Virus record (IMG/VR): IMGVR_UViG_3300030390_001877
Span: 68,130-132,129 of that record
Source of the DNA: a virus
Length of the DNA: 64,000 bases
Direction: 5' to 3' (one strand)
The notes below the pieces were generated by a model that was not told the DNA's origin, made no database searches, and saw only the letters and a list, made by a program, of their open reading frames with translations. Of this stretch, positions 28,285 through 40,654 are shown in pieces. Position numbers and translations under genes: made by a program. Every line of letters begins with the position of its first letter. Position 1 is the stretch's first letter.

Positions 28285-28603
28285 ACAGCTAAAGCCCCTC
28301 AACTTGGCTACTTCCCCTTCTTTACATTGTAAAAGTTAACACCGATTGGGTGCTCCTATAACTGACAATAGCGGCAACATTTACACAGGGAGGTGGCGGT
28401 GTAAATGTGATCTGGATGGTAACAAGGGGTTATTGCTTGCGCTACGCTAGATTTACATTTAGATTAATGATTAAAATTGAACCTATGTTATTATTTACTA
28501 ATACAAGTAACTCATAGGCTCTAATTATGGCAATACCTAATTTCATAAGTGGTTTGATCAAATAGAATCAGATCCGTTCATAGATTACAACCTACTAAAA
28601 CCC

Positions 28604-28660
28604 TTGACACAACCGCAAAAACAAACTAAGCTCTCCCATATTAATTTATGAGGAGAGCTT
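28604..28660 (+). promoter_or_regulatory. Promoter overlapping a hairpin that also covers the RBS of 28665
   Basis: TTGACA-17-TAAGCT; AAGCTCTCC...GGAGAGCTT followed by TTTT. Confidence 0.65.
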
Positions 28661-28664
28661 TTTT

Positions 28665-30563
28665 ATGCCTAAAATTCCTATGTTCACAACAGATAACCTT
28701 CATATAGACGAACGTATTCAAGTGGAACAACTTTCCGAGACTCTCGGAGAGGATGTCATTCAATATATAGATTACTCTATTATCAAACAGAGAGCCTTTC
28801 TCGTAGCGTCTCTGGAACAATTTGAGGGAATGTATCACTATGATTCAGGAAAGCCCCTCAGGTATGGTGACGGCTCTCTGTTAGCAAGTTTTGACTGTCA
28901 GCATAAAGAATATTTATTAAAAGTGACAATTAATGCTTTACAGAAGGATTTAGATGAACTAGACTCTTCTCTAATGTATGATTTACAACAAAGAGGAATT
29001 TTATTATGAATGATGTAAGTGTTCTAAGTGTGTTTTTAACAATAGTAGTTGGGGTTCTAATAGTAGGAACACTACGTATAGGAAGTTTCCGTTTGAAAGC
29101 AAATAAATATGTAGAGGAAGGTGTCCCTAAACTAATCACCTTGAAAAAATGGTGGCATCTTATTTATGAAGTTTACCCTTATGAAATAGAAAAGGATTAC
29201 AATTGGACGAAGATTAAATCTGATATTCAAAAAGGTGTCCCTCCTGAATTAGCAACTCTTAGAGAAAAAGCCGTTGCTTTGGAAATGTTGCAACATGAAT
29301 TTAGTGAACACTACGTATCTTATATAACCCTTCGAGATGAGGAAGGAATTTTCTTTGAAAGTTTAGATGCTTACACAGAATACACTTTATCAGAATTACA
29401 ACATCTGGAAAATGATTTCTTTCTTTCACAGATGTTATCTTCTTGGGAGGATGACGAGTTAGCAGAACTGAAACGTGCTCTAGAAGATCCTGACAGCTTT
29501 AACGAGGAGAACACTGATGGAAAGTAATTATTTCTACAAAACATTGTTCATCTTCACAACAAATAATCCTTTAGATGAAAATACTTTTGAATTAAAGGTT
29601 GACTTCTCTAGAGAACAAATGTTATCTTATGAAGATATTAAACGTGAAGCTTATTATCTTGCTTCAAAGGAAGTATTTCCTAAAGAGTATTCCCATTTTA
29701 GTAAGATAAAATCTTTCGAGGTGTTATCAAAAAGTATTATTACAGAGGAGAATTGATATGTTAAATAAATTAGATCCATGTTACCCGAACAATTTCACCA
29801 AGAAGAGTGTACGTTGCAGAAAACCCTGTAAGGATAAAGGAACGATTGGTATCCTTGAATATGGTAACACTGCAATAGGTTTTCGTTTTAAATGTGATGA
29901 ATCTTTGTGGGAAGAGTTATGTATTTGGTGGGAAAAAGAGGACTCTGAGAAAGGGAAAGATTTTAATGTAGAGTTGTTTCCTTATAAAGGAGAGGTAGAT
30001 CTTATCTTCTTCGAACCATTGCCTTATTACAAACCTAAGAAGCCTGTAGAGAACTCTTATGATGCAAGTGATGTGTTAGCTGCCAAGTATATAGAACACC
30101 TCCCAGAATGCGTTACAAGTGGTTTAAAAGAGGAAGATATCTTTGCATACATCACTGATTGGGATTATATTCCTGATGATAGGTTTGTCTGTGAAAAAGG
30201 ACGTTAACTATGCAGAAGTATGAAACTTTTCGGGAGGAGGGTTGGAAATGCTATTCTAATGAACCTTGTTTTGAAGGAGATTCTCCCTCTGCAAAAGTGA
30301 TATCCTATTTCGTGAAACGGACACGTTTAGATGACAACGGAGGAAGTGCTGTTCCAAAAGAAGTAGTCTTTTCGCACAAGTGTAATGTCGATTGGATAGA
30401 AGAACGTCTTAATCACGTAATTCGTTATGGAAAGAAGAGTAATGATTACACAACGTATATTTTAGCAGGATTGCAACTTTATGTTGACGAGATTCGAAAA
30501 GGAGGTTACACTGCGGGAATATTATCTGGACAAGAAATGGGAATGTTGATCCCTAAGAAATAA
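28665..30563 (+). CDS. Five hypothetical proteins (28665-29009, 29006-29527 N-terminal TM, 29517-29756, 29758-30207, 30210-30563)
   Basis: Packed ORFs with RBS. Confidence 0.7.
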
Positions 30564-30584
30564 TTTTAATTTGAGGAGAGTTTT

Positions 30585-31823
30585 ATGAAAGAGTTATTAG
30601 AAGAGTTACAATTGAAAGCTAAAATAGCAGAGCAGAAAAAACACCTAAGGCAAGCTAAGCAAGTAGAAAACCTTACAAGCGATGTTAGTGACTTATATAG
30701 TAACCTAGAACAATTAGGTGTTTACTTGGCAGGAGGTGCTATTACAAGTGTATTCACTAATAAAGAAGTTAATGACTTAGATTTATATTTTAGAGATATT
30801 GATTCTTTAAAAGTGTTTATTTTATCTGCATTTGGAGTTTTAGAAGATAGTGTATATCTTAATGATGAACGCTTTGAAAATGTTGTTGATTTAGATAGTC
30901 ACGCTTTAATCTGCAATGGATATACGAAGAAGAGTATTATGTTTCAAACAAAAGCTACTGCACAACAGATTCAACTTATACATTGTGGTTTCTTTGAAAA
31001 ACCAGAGGATATCTTTGACACGTTTGACTACACTATTAATATGGGGGTGTATGATTATAAAGAAAAGATGTTTGTGCTACACGAAGATTTCTTAACAGAC
31101 AATTCTTGTCGTAAATTAACAGTTAACCCAAAAACAGCTTTTCCTATTATAAGTCAACTCCGTATAGACAAATATAAGCAACGAGGGTATTCTATTAATC
31201 GTAAGGAGTTTTTAAAATTAAGCTTGGCTGTTGCAAATTTAAACCTCTCTAGCTGGAAAGAGACTAAAGAAGCGATGGGGGGTATGTATGGTTACACTAT
31301 GGAAGAGTTATTTGATGAAGAAAAAGAGTTCTCCTTTGAGGAATTATTCTCTCAAATCGAAGATTTAGAGTATAAACTTTCAAATCATAAACCTTTTGAA
31401 GCAGTTTATGACTACGAAACACTTATTGAACATATTAATGATTTACACGGAAGGGCTTCTTCTGGTGAAAGGTATTACTACTACAAGGTGGTTAACCCTA
31501 CAAATGACCCCGATGTTTTCGAAAGTCATTATAAGAGTAGTTTTAAATACAAAGTGGGTGAGAAAGTTAAGTGTGATCAAAAAGGTATTTATTTATACAA
31601 AACTCTTGAGAAAGCAAAGAAGCACTATGATGGAAAGGTTGTGATCAAATTACAAACTACCTCTGGTGAACGTGCTAACCTTACATCTGATTTTGGGGGT
31701 GGGAAACATAGGACTAATGATGAGTTGTTAGTTGTAGGTAAAGTGGAAGGGATGTTACCAGTAGCAACTACCCCTGTACCATCTTTCGCAGCAGCACCTT
31801 TCCCAACTACACCAAACTTTTAA
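30585..31823 (+). CDS. Pol beta-superfamily nucleotidyltransferase (CCA-adding / poly(A) polymerase head-like) with C-terminal extra domain
   Basis: YLAGGAITS...NDLDLYF (hG[GS]...DxD), QLI, FDYTINM, RIDKYKQRGY. Confidence 0.75.
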   Translation: MKELLEELQLKAKIAEQKKHLRQAKQVENLTSDVSDLYSNLEQLGVYLAGGAITSVFTNKEVNDLDLYFRDIDSLKVFILSAFGVLEDSVYLNDERFENVVDLDSHALICNGYTKKSIMFQTKATAQQIQLIHCGFFEKPEDIFDTFDYTINMGVYDYKEKMFVLHEDFLTDNSCRKLTVNPKTAFPIISQLRIDKYKQRGYSINRKEFLKLSLAVANLNLSSWKETKEAMGGMYGYTMEELFDEEKEFSFEELFSQIEDLEYKLSNHKPFEAVYDYETLIEHINDLHGRASSGERYYYYKVVNPTNDPDVFESHYKSSFKYKVGEKVKCDQKGIYLYKTLEKAKKHYDGKVVIKLQTTSGERANLTSDFGGGKHRTNDELLVVGKVEGMLPVATTPVPSFAAAPFPTTPNF

Positions 31824-31836
31824 GGAAAACAATTTT

Positions 31837-34011
31837 ATGCAAATGAATGATTTAGAAAAAGAATACATCCAGACGAGAGAACACTTTTACAGAAGCACCT
31901 CTATGAAAACGTATCGGGATGGAAGAGATACACTTAACCAAGGGTGTAACCTTTCAGAAGAGTTGTTTGCCTCTGAGAATGACTCTGTGAGGAAGGGGTT
32001 CTATGGAGAGAGTTGTGATTATGTTTACGAGGAGTGGAACTGATATGAAAGTAACTAAGTCTTTAGTGGAAAGTATTCTTGTAGAAGATATCCCCAGATT
32101 AGATCCTGTAACCATCTTAGTAAATAATCTCGGAGAAGGGCGAGCTGAAGTAACAATTAAGTGTTATGATAAAAGTTGGACAGCTTATTGGGGTAGTATG
32201 GGTGGCAGTGTTGAGGAATTCTTCTCCAGAGTAAATGTTGGTTATCTGGTTAATTGCTTTGATAGGGGTATTCGTTCTGAAAGTGATGAGAAGGATACTG
32301 ATGCTATGCGAGAAGTTTTTGTTAAGAAGATACGGAAGTTTATCTTAGAGAAGCGTAGAGAGTCTTACATTTTAAAAGAAGAATCTCGTAACGCTTGGGA
32401 CGAAGTTGACATTATTAACATGTATTGTGTTGCACCAGAACACGACCATGAATGTTTTAATTGGGATGTAGGTCATTGTTCTGTAGATCCTAATATTTGG
32501 AAACCTATCTTCGGAGGTTATTGTATGGACGATGAATACTATAAGGAAGAATTCCAACAATGGTTATGGGATAATGTCCCTTTTGAGTACGAACCTAATT
32601 ATGAATATAAATACCTTTGCAGAATAGTTGAGGTTGTTAAGAAAGTTTTGGAGGAGAAAAGTTTATGACTATTAAATATGAAGATGCAAGTATGTTGAAG
32701 TATTATTGGAAAGAAAAAGGTGATATGGCAAGGTATTCAGGTTATGAAAAGTTATTACCTTTGCTGGAAGAAGAATACCCTTTACTGTTAGAAGGTCTTA
32801 ACAAGACTAAACAAGGAGAGGATTTAGTAGAGATTATGTTAGATAAGATTATTTCTGAGAGTGATTACGATGAAGACTAAAGTACACCTTAGTAGGTTAG
32901 GTATTATCTCAGGAGATAGTAAACGTTTATTAGAGGATTACGTTTACACAGGGGCATTCTCTCAAAGGAAGTCTTATGATGAGTGGGTTGTTGATTGGAG
33001 CGACATTGAATTAGATCTGGATATGAGAGATTTGTTTATCCTTTCTCATAAGTTTGAGATACGTGTTGGAGATGGTTGGATTGAGTTGGAGGAGATTTTA
33101 TGAGTGAACCTGCTTATGTATTAGTTTGTAGTAAAACTAAGTTGATAAAGAATGATGGTAAAACAGGAATGCTTTGTATCTTTGATACAGAGGAACAAGC
33201 TGAAGGGGTTAGATCTACTTATAAAGGCACAGAAGAAACATACATTATGAAATGTAATCTTAAATTTACAGACAAGGAAATGTTATGAGTGATATAGAAA
33301 GACGTAAAGCGACTTTAACTTTAGTGAAGAATGTTGAAAACAAACCTGTCAATATTTTCAATTATATTTACATGGAGTGTGACATAGATATTGTGGATAT
33401 TGTCACAGAAGAGCAAGCCTATTACGTGTTGTGTGATTATTTAGAATATGAAAACATTGATGAAAAGTATTATTGGTTTGAGGGTAAACTTTATAAAGAG
33501 TATTCTTCTAAGGATATAGATCCTTCCTTTCACAAAGAAGCACACTTATTGAATAGTAATTGCATCTCATTAGATTGTACTTGGTATAATGGAGGTGGGA
33601 GTTTCCAAGAGGTTGCCTGTGAAGCGTTGAAAGAATTAGAGGAGAGATTGAAGAGTTATGTTTAAATGGTTTGGAAATAAAAAAGTAATGACTGTTAACG
33701 GGGTTGAATGGAACCCTATGACAAAATCTTATGACGATATACGTGAGTTTCACAATTCTTTAGATGGAAATTACACAGTAAGGACAACTGGTAGAAAGGG
33801 TTTAATGATGGATGATGGATCTACTGCTTACGGTAGATATTTTGTAGTGTTCATCTCTGGGCATTGGGGTTTAGATTTAGGTGAATATTACTATAAAGAC
33901 CTACCTGAGTGGTGTAGTAAAGGAGTTTATTTAGATGTGCCGAACCCTATAAGAGTAAGAAGATATAAAGGTTCTGACCGTAAATCATACAAATCTTTAC
34001 GTAAAAGATAG
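31837..34011 (+). CDS. Seven hypothetical proteins (31837-32043, 32045-32668, 32665-32880, 32870-33103, 33100-33288, 33285-33665, 33658-34011)
   Basis: Overlapping stop/start codons and GGAG RBS. Confidence 0.7.
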
Positions 34012-34039
34012 ATTTAAAATAAGTAAGAGAGGAGATGTT

Positions 34040-35389
34040 ATGGATAATATTTTAAACATTTTAAAAGAGTTGGAAAACACTCCGAGTAGTAATGATAAAC
34101 TTGCAATATTAAAACGTGAGGAAGGTAATACTGTTTTAAAAGAGGTGTTTCGTCTAGCATACAATACTACTATCCAATTTGGGGTTAAGAAGATTCCTGA
34201 CTATAAACAGGATAGTATTTACAACGTACAAATGAATAACTTTGAATATATGTGTAACCTTTTAAAACAATTATCTTCACGAGAGTTAACAGGTGACAAG
34301 GCAAAATTTTCTATAAGCTACTTCTTATCTAGTGTAAGTGAAGCTACTGCAGAAGTGTTTATACGTATTCTTAAAAAGGATCTACGTTGTAATACAGGTA
34401 AATCTTTAGCGAATAAAGTTTGGAAAGGTTTGATTCCTGTGACACCTAGACAAGGTGCTTGTTCTATGAACGAAAAGTCTCTAGAACGTATGAAGAATAT
34501 TAAACATTTAGCAGTGGAGTTGAAATCAGACGGTTCTTATGCTGCGAGTGTTTGTAACGATAATTCAACAATGCTATCTAGAAATGGTAACCCACTTGTA
34601 ATAGAAAGTCTTTCTGAACACTTATCTTGTGGAGCATTCCACGGATTTGCTCTGGAAGGGGAGTTGGTGTATTCTTTAGAAAAAGCAGAACGTGAAGCAG
34701 GTAATGGTGTTATCACAAAGATTGTGAAGGGTACTGCTTCTGAGGAAGAAAAAGGAGATGCTTTATACCAAGTGTGGGATTGTGTTGATCAGGAGCATTA
34801 CTGTGCAAAAGGAGAATATCCTGTATCAAATACACAACGTAGATCGTTACTTGAAGGGATGATTTCTCAATACAACAAATGGTGTGATAGTAATAATGTC
34901 TCACCTAGAATACACCTTATTGAACGAAAAGAAAATGTAACTGTGGATGAGGCTTTTGAAATCTTCGAGCAGTATGTTAGAGAAGGCTTTGAAGGTGCGA
35001 TCGCTAAAGATATGTCATCTACTTGGAAAGATGTAGGAAAACCTTCTTGGAACATAAAGATCAAAAGAAAAGAGACTGCCGACCTAAAAGTAGTTGGTTG
35101 GTATAAAGGTGAAATTGGTACAAAGTATGAGAACTTTTTGGGAGGATTTCATTGCGAATCAAGTTGTGGGAAGATAAAGGTCAATGTTGGAAGTGGATTT
35201 TCTGATGAAGAACGTTTTACTTTACCAGAGAATCTGCCAGAAGTTATTGAAGTTGAGTATGACTCTGTTACGGAAGATAAGAAAACTAAACAGAAAAGTT
35301 TATTCCTACCTATTTACAAACGTCCACGTTATGATAAGATAGAGTCAGATTCGTATGAAGATATTTTAGATAAACAACGTATTAAATGA
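34040..35389 (+). CDS. lig: ATP-dependent DNA ligase
   Basis: ELKSDG (KxDG), LEGELV, EGAIAK, KIK, VNVGSGF, LFLPIY OB-fold motifs. Confidence 0.93.
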   Translation: MDNILNILKELENTPSSNDKLAILKREEGNTVLKEVFRLAYNTTIQFGVKKIPDYKQDSIYNVQMNNFEYMCNLLKQLSSRELTGDKAKFSISYFLSSVSEATAEVFIRILKKDLRCNTGKSLANKVWKGLIPVTPRQGACSMNEKSLERMKNIKHLAVELKSDGSYAASVCNDNSTMLSRNGNPLVIESLSEHLSCGAFHGFALEGELVYSLEKAEREAGNGVITKIVKGTASEEEKGDALYQVWDCVDQEHYCAKGEYPVSNTQRRSLLEGMISQYNKWCDSNNVSPRIHLIERKENVTVDEAFEIFEQYVREGFEGAIAKDMSSTWKDVGKPSWNIKIKRKETADLKVVGWYKGEIGTKYENFLGGFHCESSCGKIKVNVGSGFSDEERFTLPENLPEVIEVEYDSVTEDKKTKQKSLFLPIYKRPRYDKIESDSYEDILDKQRIK

Positions 35390-35398
35390 GGAGAAAAT

Positions 35399-36523
35399 AT
35401 GACTGCAATGATTACACCTAAACAAGATTTATATATGGACGGCACAGAAGATTGTTTTGCAAAGAAAGGTAAGTGGTATGTGAGCAAAGGACAAGATAAG
35501 TTTGGTGATTTTATGTTTATTGATGAGATGAAGCAAGATCATTATTACGAAGAAGATAATTTAAACAAAGACTTCCACACAATTGATTTTGAGAAAGGGT
35601 TTTCTTATAAATTTAAAGATCAAGAATATTCTATTAAGGATTATAAGTGGGGATGTGAAACTAAAGTTCCTGTAGAGACTTGTGTTATCTGTATTGAAAG
35701 AGGTTATTGGGAAATCACACGTTACTCAAATGAAAAGGAGAAATCTATTTTATCAAGTTTCCCTGTTCCAGAAAATAATAGCCCAAAATACAACCCTGTG
35801 AAGAATATCTCTCGGGAAAAGTATTATCGTTGTGCAAAACGTAATCCTAATCTCTGTGATCAGTTTAATTCTGATAAAGGTATTCTTTTTATGAGTGAGT
35901 CTTCTTGTGGAAAGTATTACTATTGGGAAGGGTATAATTCTGATAATAGTATCATCTATCTCCGAGGAGAGAAATCTTGGGTGGAGGGTAAGTATGTGAA
36001 GGCAGTAGCTGCTAAAAGTAAGAAACCCAGAGAGGTAAGTAGTGATGTGAAGAGGGTTATTGATAAGATTAAGGATAATTTGAAAGAGGAGGTGGTTTCA
36101 GGAGAAAGTAAAACCTCCCGCTTTGAGGTTAATGAAAATGGAAGTTTAGCTATACCTAAGGGTATGACTGCTAATGAAGTAATGGAGTATATTTGTGATT
36201 ATGTAGATTACTTAGATGAGTGTGAAAAAGATGTCCTTAAAAGTAAAGAAGACGAGGAAAATCTATCTACTTGGACAGATAAACATTATGATTTCAATTA
36301 TACTTTGACAGAAGAAGATATTGAGAAGGGTATTCTTAAGATCGATCCTTACTTTGTTAACCGAATGTGGAGAATTAATTCTTGGGATGATACAGGGGCT
36401 GCTTTCCATAGCCTGAAGAACTATGCTAGAATCTGTAACGGGAAGAATCCTTTAGAACGGGATTTGAAAAGCTTATATAAACAGGTTAAAAGATTATGTG
36501 AATTACATAAGGTTGAGTTATGA
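35399..36523 (+). CDS. Hypothetical multidomain protein (C-terminus DUF3310-like)
   Basis: 374 aa; IDPYFV...AFHSLKNYAR...KNPLERDL at the C-terminus. Confidence 0.55.
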   Translation: MTAMITPKQDLYMDGTEDCFAKKGKWYVSKGQDKFGDFMFIDEMKQDHYYEEDNLNKDFHTIDFEKGFSYKFKDQEYSIKDYKWGCETKVPVETCVICIERGYWEITRYSNEKEKSILSSFPVPENNSPKYNPVKNISREKYYRCAKRNPNLCDQFNSDKGILFMSESSCGKYYYWEGYNSDNSIIYLRGEKSWVEGKYVKAVAAKSKKPREVSSDVKRVIDKIKDNLKEEVVSGESKTSRFEVNENGSLAIPKGMTANEVMEYICDYVDYLDECEKDVLKSKEDEENLSTWTDKHYDFNYTLTEEDIEKGILKIDPYFVNRMWRINSWDDTGAAFHSLKNYARICNGKNPLERDLKSLYKQVKRLCELHKVEL

Positions 36524-39109
36524 TACTTTTATTTTTCACACAAATGTTAGCTTCTGCAGGATATGTTCTTTTCAGGTGCTTGCAACAACTTAACAGTGTT
36601 TATCTGAGATGGTTGTGGATACTTCCTACAAGCTTGTGTATAGCTCTGTGCGAGGTGTTTGTTATCCAGATGATTGCTACCTCAGATTTATCTAAGATGT
36701 GGCTGGTGTTGAGTACAGGACTTGGTGGGACGATTGGTTGCTTTGGTGCAATGTATATTTCGAATAAGTGGGGTAAGAAATGAATGAGACTTTAGATAAA
36801 CAGTTAATAAAATCTGTCATAAAAGAGATGATTGAGAAAGGAGAAATTACTCTGAGACTAGATACCACTATGTACCAGTTTGATTATGGTAACAATGTCA
36901 CTAATGCAGAAGATGTTAAAAATATTATGGACGATGTAGATATTATCATGGAGGTATCAGATGACTAAGAAAGATTTATCTGAAATGCGTAATACTTTTG
37001 ATATGGGAGAACTTGATGAATGGTTTGAAAATAATCAACATCATTACGTCCTTGTGAAGAAAGATGAACTTAAATCTTTAGAAGAGTCTCTAGATGAAGC
37101 TAATGACCTTTTATGTAGAGTATGGGATTCAGGTATCAAACTGGATGAACTTGAGACACCTATTCACGAATATTTAGTGGGAGCGAGTAATGAGTAGACC
37201 TTTATATGTTGATGGAAAGGATTTGGAAAGTTTACAACAAGAATCTTTCTTAGACTCTGATAGGGTGGTATATAACCTTGTAGAAGATATTATCTGTTTA
37301 AAAGAAGAACTTTCTCAAGCAATAGATATTATTGAAGAGTGCGGTATTGATTACGAAGAAATGTTATCTTACAGAGAGGATTACAAATGAAAAGAAAGAA
37401 TGCTTTACACGAAGGTCTCTACGAAGAGGTCTCTATTGAAGAACAGAGAATCTTGTTTGAAGAGTTAGAAACTTCCTTGCGAGAGGCAAGAGAGGATTTT
37501 GAGAAGAGTAAACGTAACCTTAAGGCGTGTGAAGCTGCGAAAGAGTGGTTTTTAGAAGAGAGTGATTTGGAGGGAGAGGAATGATGTCTGAGTGGAAAGT
37601 ACTTTTAAAGAGAGATGTTGTTGAAGAGAAGGTTATTACTTTGAGTAAGGAGGAATTCTCTTCTCAAAAAGAAGCTAACAAATACGTTGCTGAAGCTATG
37701 CAGAACTTTAGTTTCGGAGAGATAAACTTCCCTATAACTTTTAATGAAGAAGTTATAACAGTGGAAGGTGAGTATTCGGATTATTGGTTGGAGGAATAAT
37801 AATGACTAGTGAAGTGGAAAACATTTGTGAAGCATATAATTCTGCAATAGAGTTTGCTTTGGAAGAGAGATCTGATACAGCGCAATATTTTCTTCAACTT
37901 TGGATGGAAGGTTGTTGGCCTGAGATTAAAGAAGAGTTTCCAAAGTTTAATTTGAGTACGGCTGTTTCCTGTGGGTATGTTGAGGAAGATTGATGAAAAA
38001 GTATTTTCTAAAGTATGAGATTGGAGCGGGTATGTTTGGTACAGAATTGTACGAAGCGTCCACCCTTGAAAAGGCAGAAGAATATGCGAGGGATGCTTGT
38101 ATTGATTTGGCAAGTAGTTATGGCTATTATCAAGATATGGATTATTTCGGGGAGATGGACTCTGTTGCAAACGAAAATTCTTGGGATGAAGATGATCAGG
38201 AATATACTGATATTGGATTCTTAGAGTATTTTGCAGAAGAGTACGACCCTGAAGAACATGATGATTTATTGTAGAGGAGAAGATTGATGAAATTCGAATC
38301 ACTATTAGAAGAAGGTAAGTATAAGGTTTTATACGACGAAGGTAATATCGAGATACTTCGGTACGGTGAACCTTGGAGGAATGAGACAGGTGATGGATTT
38401 CTTCATGCGTTGTTGATGTCACACATAGATTTAGAGATGGAATTATTTGAAATGAAAAAGGTATTTAGAGGAGAAGGAAATTGAGTAAATTAACACCACA
38501 AGATTATATTTATAAAAGTATTATTGAAGATGTGTTGGGTTGTCAGGACGATATCACTTTAAACTGTACATTAACGTTATTTAATGCTTCTGAAATTTAT
38601 AATAATCCTGAAGAGTACTTTACAGGGACGGATTACCCAAGAGATTATATTTATGAAGCTACTTATGAATATCGTCATACTGGGGAGGCGTGTAATCTTT
38701 ACTCTAATAAAAGTAGCCGTCATTATGATGACACTTTCGTTGTGAAACAGATAGAAGATGTTTGGGTTGGGTGGACTTACTGGACAGGAGGAGGAAAACA
38801 TGGAGAACCTGAAGCAATTGATTGGATTAGTGACGCTGAGTTTGTAAAGGTACAATCTGAGGAAGTGGTTACTGTTGTGAAGAGGACTTTTAAGAGAGGA
38901 GAGGAAATTTGAGTAAGCTAGTTATTTACCGAGAAGGGACTAAATCTGAGATGAAAGATAAATACCCTTCAGCAGATGTTTATCTTAACGTGAAACGTAG
39001 AAGTTTTGATGATATACAAGGAATGCGTTTTACAGAGATAGTTGTTTGTGAAGGGTGTACTACTTTAGACGAGTTGAGTGCTAAGAAATTTTTAATTGAA
39101 GGAGAGTGA
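36520..39109 (+). CDS. Run of eleven small hypothetical proteins (36520-36783 3-TM; 36780-36968; 36961-37197; 37190-37390; 37387-37584; 37581-37799; ~37799-37993; 37990-38274; 38284-38484; 38481-38912; 38909-39109)
   Basis: Acidic small ORFs, nearly all coupled by ATGA/TTGA overlaps. Confidence 0.7.
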
Positions 39110-40092
39110 ATTTGAGTAATATTAAGTTGAAGAATAACCCTGAGTTAGTGGAAGCTATTGAGAAAGTGTTAAATTCTGGGGAGAGTATCCGTTCTGCTGC
39201 GAGGGAAGTGCTGGGGTCAGAGACCCGAGAGAGTTCAATTCGTGCAGCGATTAAACGTGGGGATGTGGTTGTGGGAGGAGGGACCGTCAATGATTTACGT
39301 AACATCCCTAAACCTAAAGTCCTAATCTTGGACATAGAAAGTTCTCCTTTAAAATCATACACTTGGAGTCTCTTTAACAATTTCGTAGCTTTGAACCAAG
39401 TTAACGCAGAGTGGTTTTTATTATCTTACTCTGCAAAGTGGTTAGGGGAAGATGAAATATTCTATGACGACATGCGTGGGAAGGTTGATTCTGAGGACGA
39501 TACCCATTTGTTAGCACAGTTGTGGCAACTACTCAATGATGCCGATATAGTGGTAGGGCAAAATAGTAAACGTTTTGATACTAAGAAGATTAATGCACGA
39601 TTCATTATGAATGGTTATAAGCCACCTTCTAGTTATAAACAGATTGACACGTTGGAAATTGCTAAACGTCATTTTGCTTTTACATCCAATAAACTTGAGT
39701 GGCTTAGTGATAAATTAAATCAGAATTACAAGAAACTTAGTCATAGTAACTTCGCAGGGTTTGAGTTGTGGAAAGGTATGTTAGAGGATAATATTGATGC
39801 TTGGGAAGAGTGTGAAGATTACAATAAGCATGATGTGTTAGCTACAGAAGAGCTATATCTGACATTAGCACCTTGGGACAGTAAGCACCCTAACTTTAAC
39901 CTTTATCACCACGAAAGTGAGCATATTTGTCGATGTGGTAGTAAGAATGTAGTACGTCACGGTTATGCTTATACAGGTAAGAGTAAATTCCAAAGATGGC
40001 GTTGTGAAGATTGTGGTGCTGAATCTCGGGACAGTATTAATCTATTTGATAAAGAAAAACGTAAATCTTTACATCTAAATATAATTAACTAG
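39106..40092 (+). CDS. HTH + DEDD (RNase H-like/DnaQ) exonuclease + C-terminal Zn ribbon
   Basis: SIRSAAREV (HTH); ILDIES, GQNSKRFD, QIDTL, YNKHDVLATE; C-terminal CRCG...CEDCG. Confidence 0.85.
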   Translation: MNLSNIKLKNNPELVEAIEKVLNSGESIRSAAREVLGSETRESSIRAAIKRGDVVVGGGTVNDLRNIPKPKVLILDIESSPLKSYTWSLFNNFVALNQVNAEWFLLSYSAKWLGEDEIFYDDMRGKVDSEDDTHLLAQLWQLLNDADIVVGQNSKRFDTKKINARFIMNGYKPPSSYKQIDTLEIAKRHFAFTSNKLEWLSDKLNQNYKKLSHSNFAGFELWKGMLEDNIDAWEECEDYNKHDVLATEELYLTLAPWDSKHPNFNLYHHESEHICRCGSKNVVRHGYAYTGKSKFQRWRCEDCGAESRDSINLFDKEKRKSLHLNIIN

Positions 40093-40140
40093 TTGACAAA
40101 CAATCCACCTCTCTGTAATATACATCTTATCGCAGAGAGG
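40093..40140 (+). promoter_or_regulatory. Promoter with -10 in a hairpin loop
   Basis: TTGACA-17-TAATAT; stem CCTCTCTG/CAGAGAGG. Confidence 0.7.
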
Positions 40141-40215
40141 ATACCCTTAAAGGATAACACTTTCCCAAAAGGAATACGCTTGTCAGAAGATTAACATTTT
40201 AACAGGAGAATATTT

Positions 40216-40616
40216 ATGAATCGTTTAGCAAAAGATTTCTTTATAAACACACTACTCGCCTTAGCAGGTATACATTTGTTTGGGGAGGGTCTAGACTTTA
40301 TAGAACATGTAATTATCGGATTATGTACTATACTTTTCGTAAGAGGTGGGTACTATTTTATTAAAGAAGGTTTCAAACACTTATTTGGAGAAGATAAATG
40401 AAAACTATAGCAGCAATTTTAGGAATAATTTTTATGTTCGTAGGTATAGTAGGACTTTGGTCAGCATCCTTTTTATGGGTAGGTCACGCTATCTATGAAC
40501 TGATTAAAACTGACCAAGGGTTCTTTACGGTATTCTTTAGCAATTTAGGTTTATGGGTAGTACAGATGTTACTAAGCTGGTTACTACTAATAGTTGGTCG
40601 TGTTGCAGTAGATTAA
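40216..40616 (+). CDS. Two small membrane proteins (40216-40401; 40398-40616)
   Basis: Two hydrophobic helices each. Confidence 0.7.
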
Positions 40617-40654
40617 TATTTAACAAACAATCACAATCTAGGAGAAACAATTTT

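Noticed and set aside
28391-28425. RWRCKCD frame resembling the N-terminus of AP2/HNH endonucleases
   Set aside because: Only 7 residues, coincides with an inverted repeat, and has no upstream or downstream continuation
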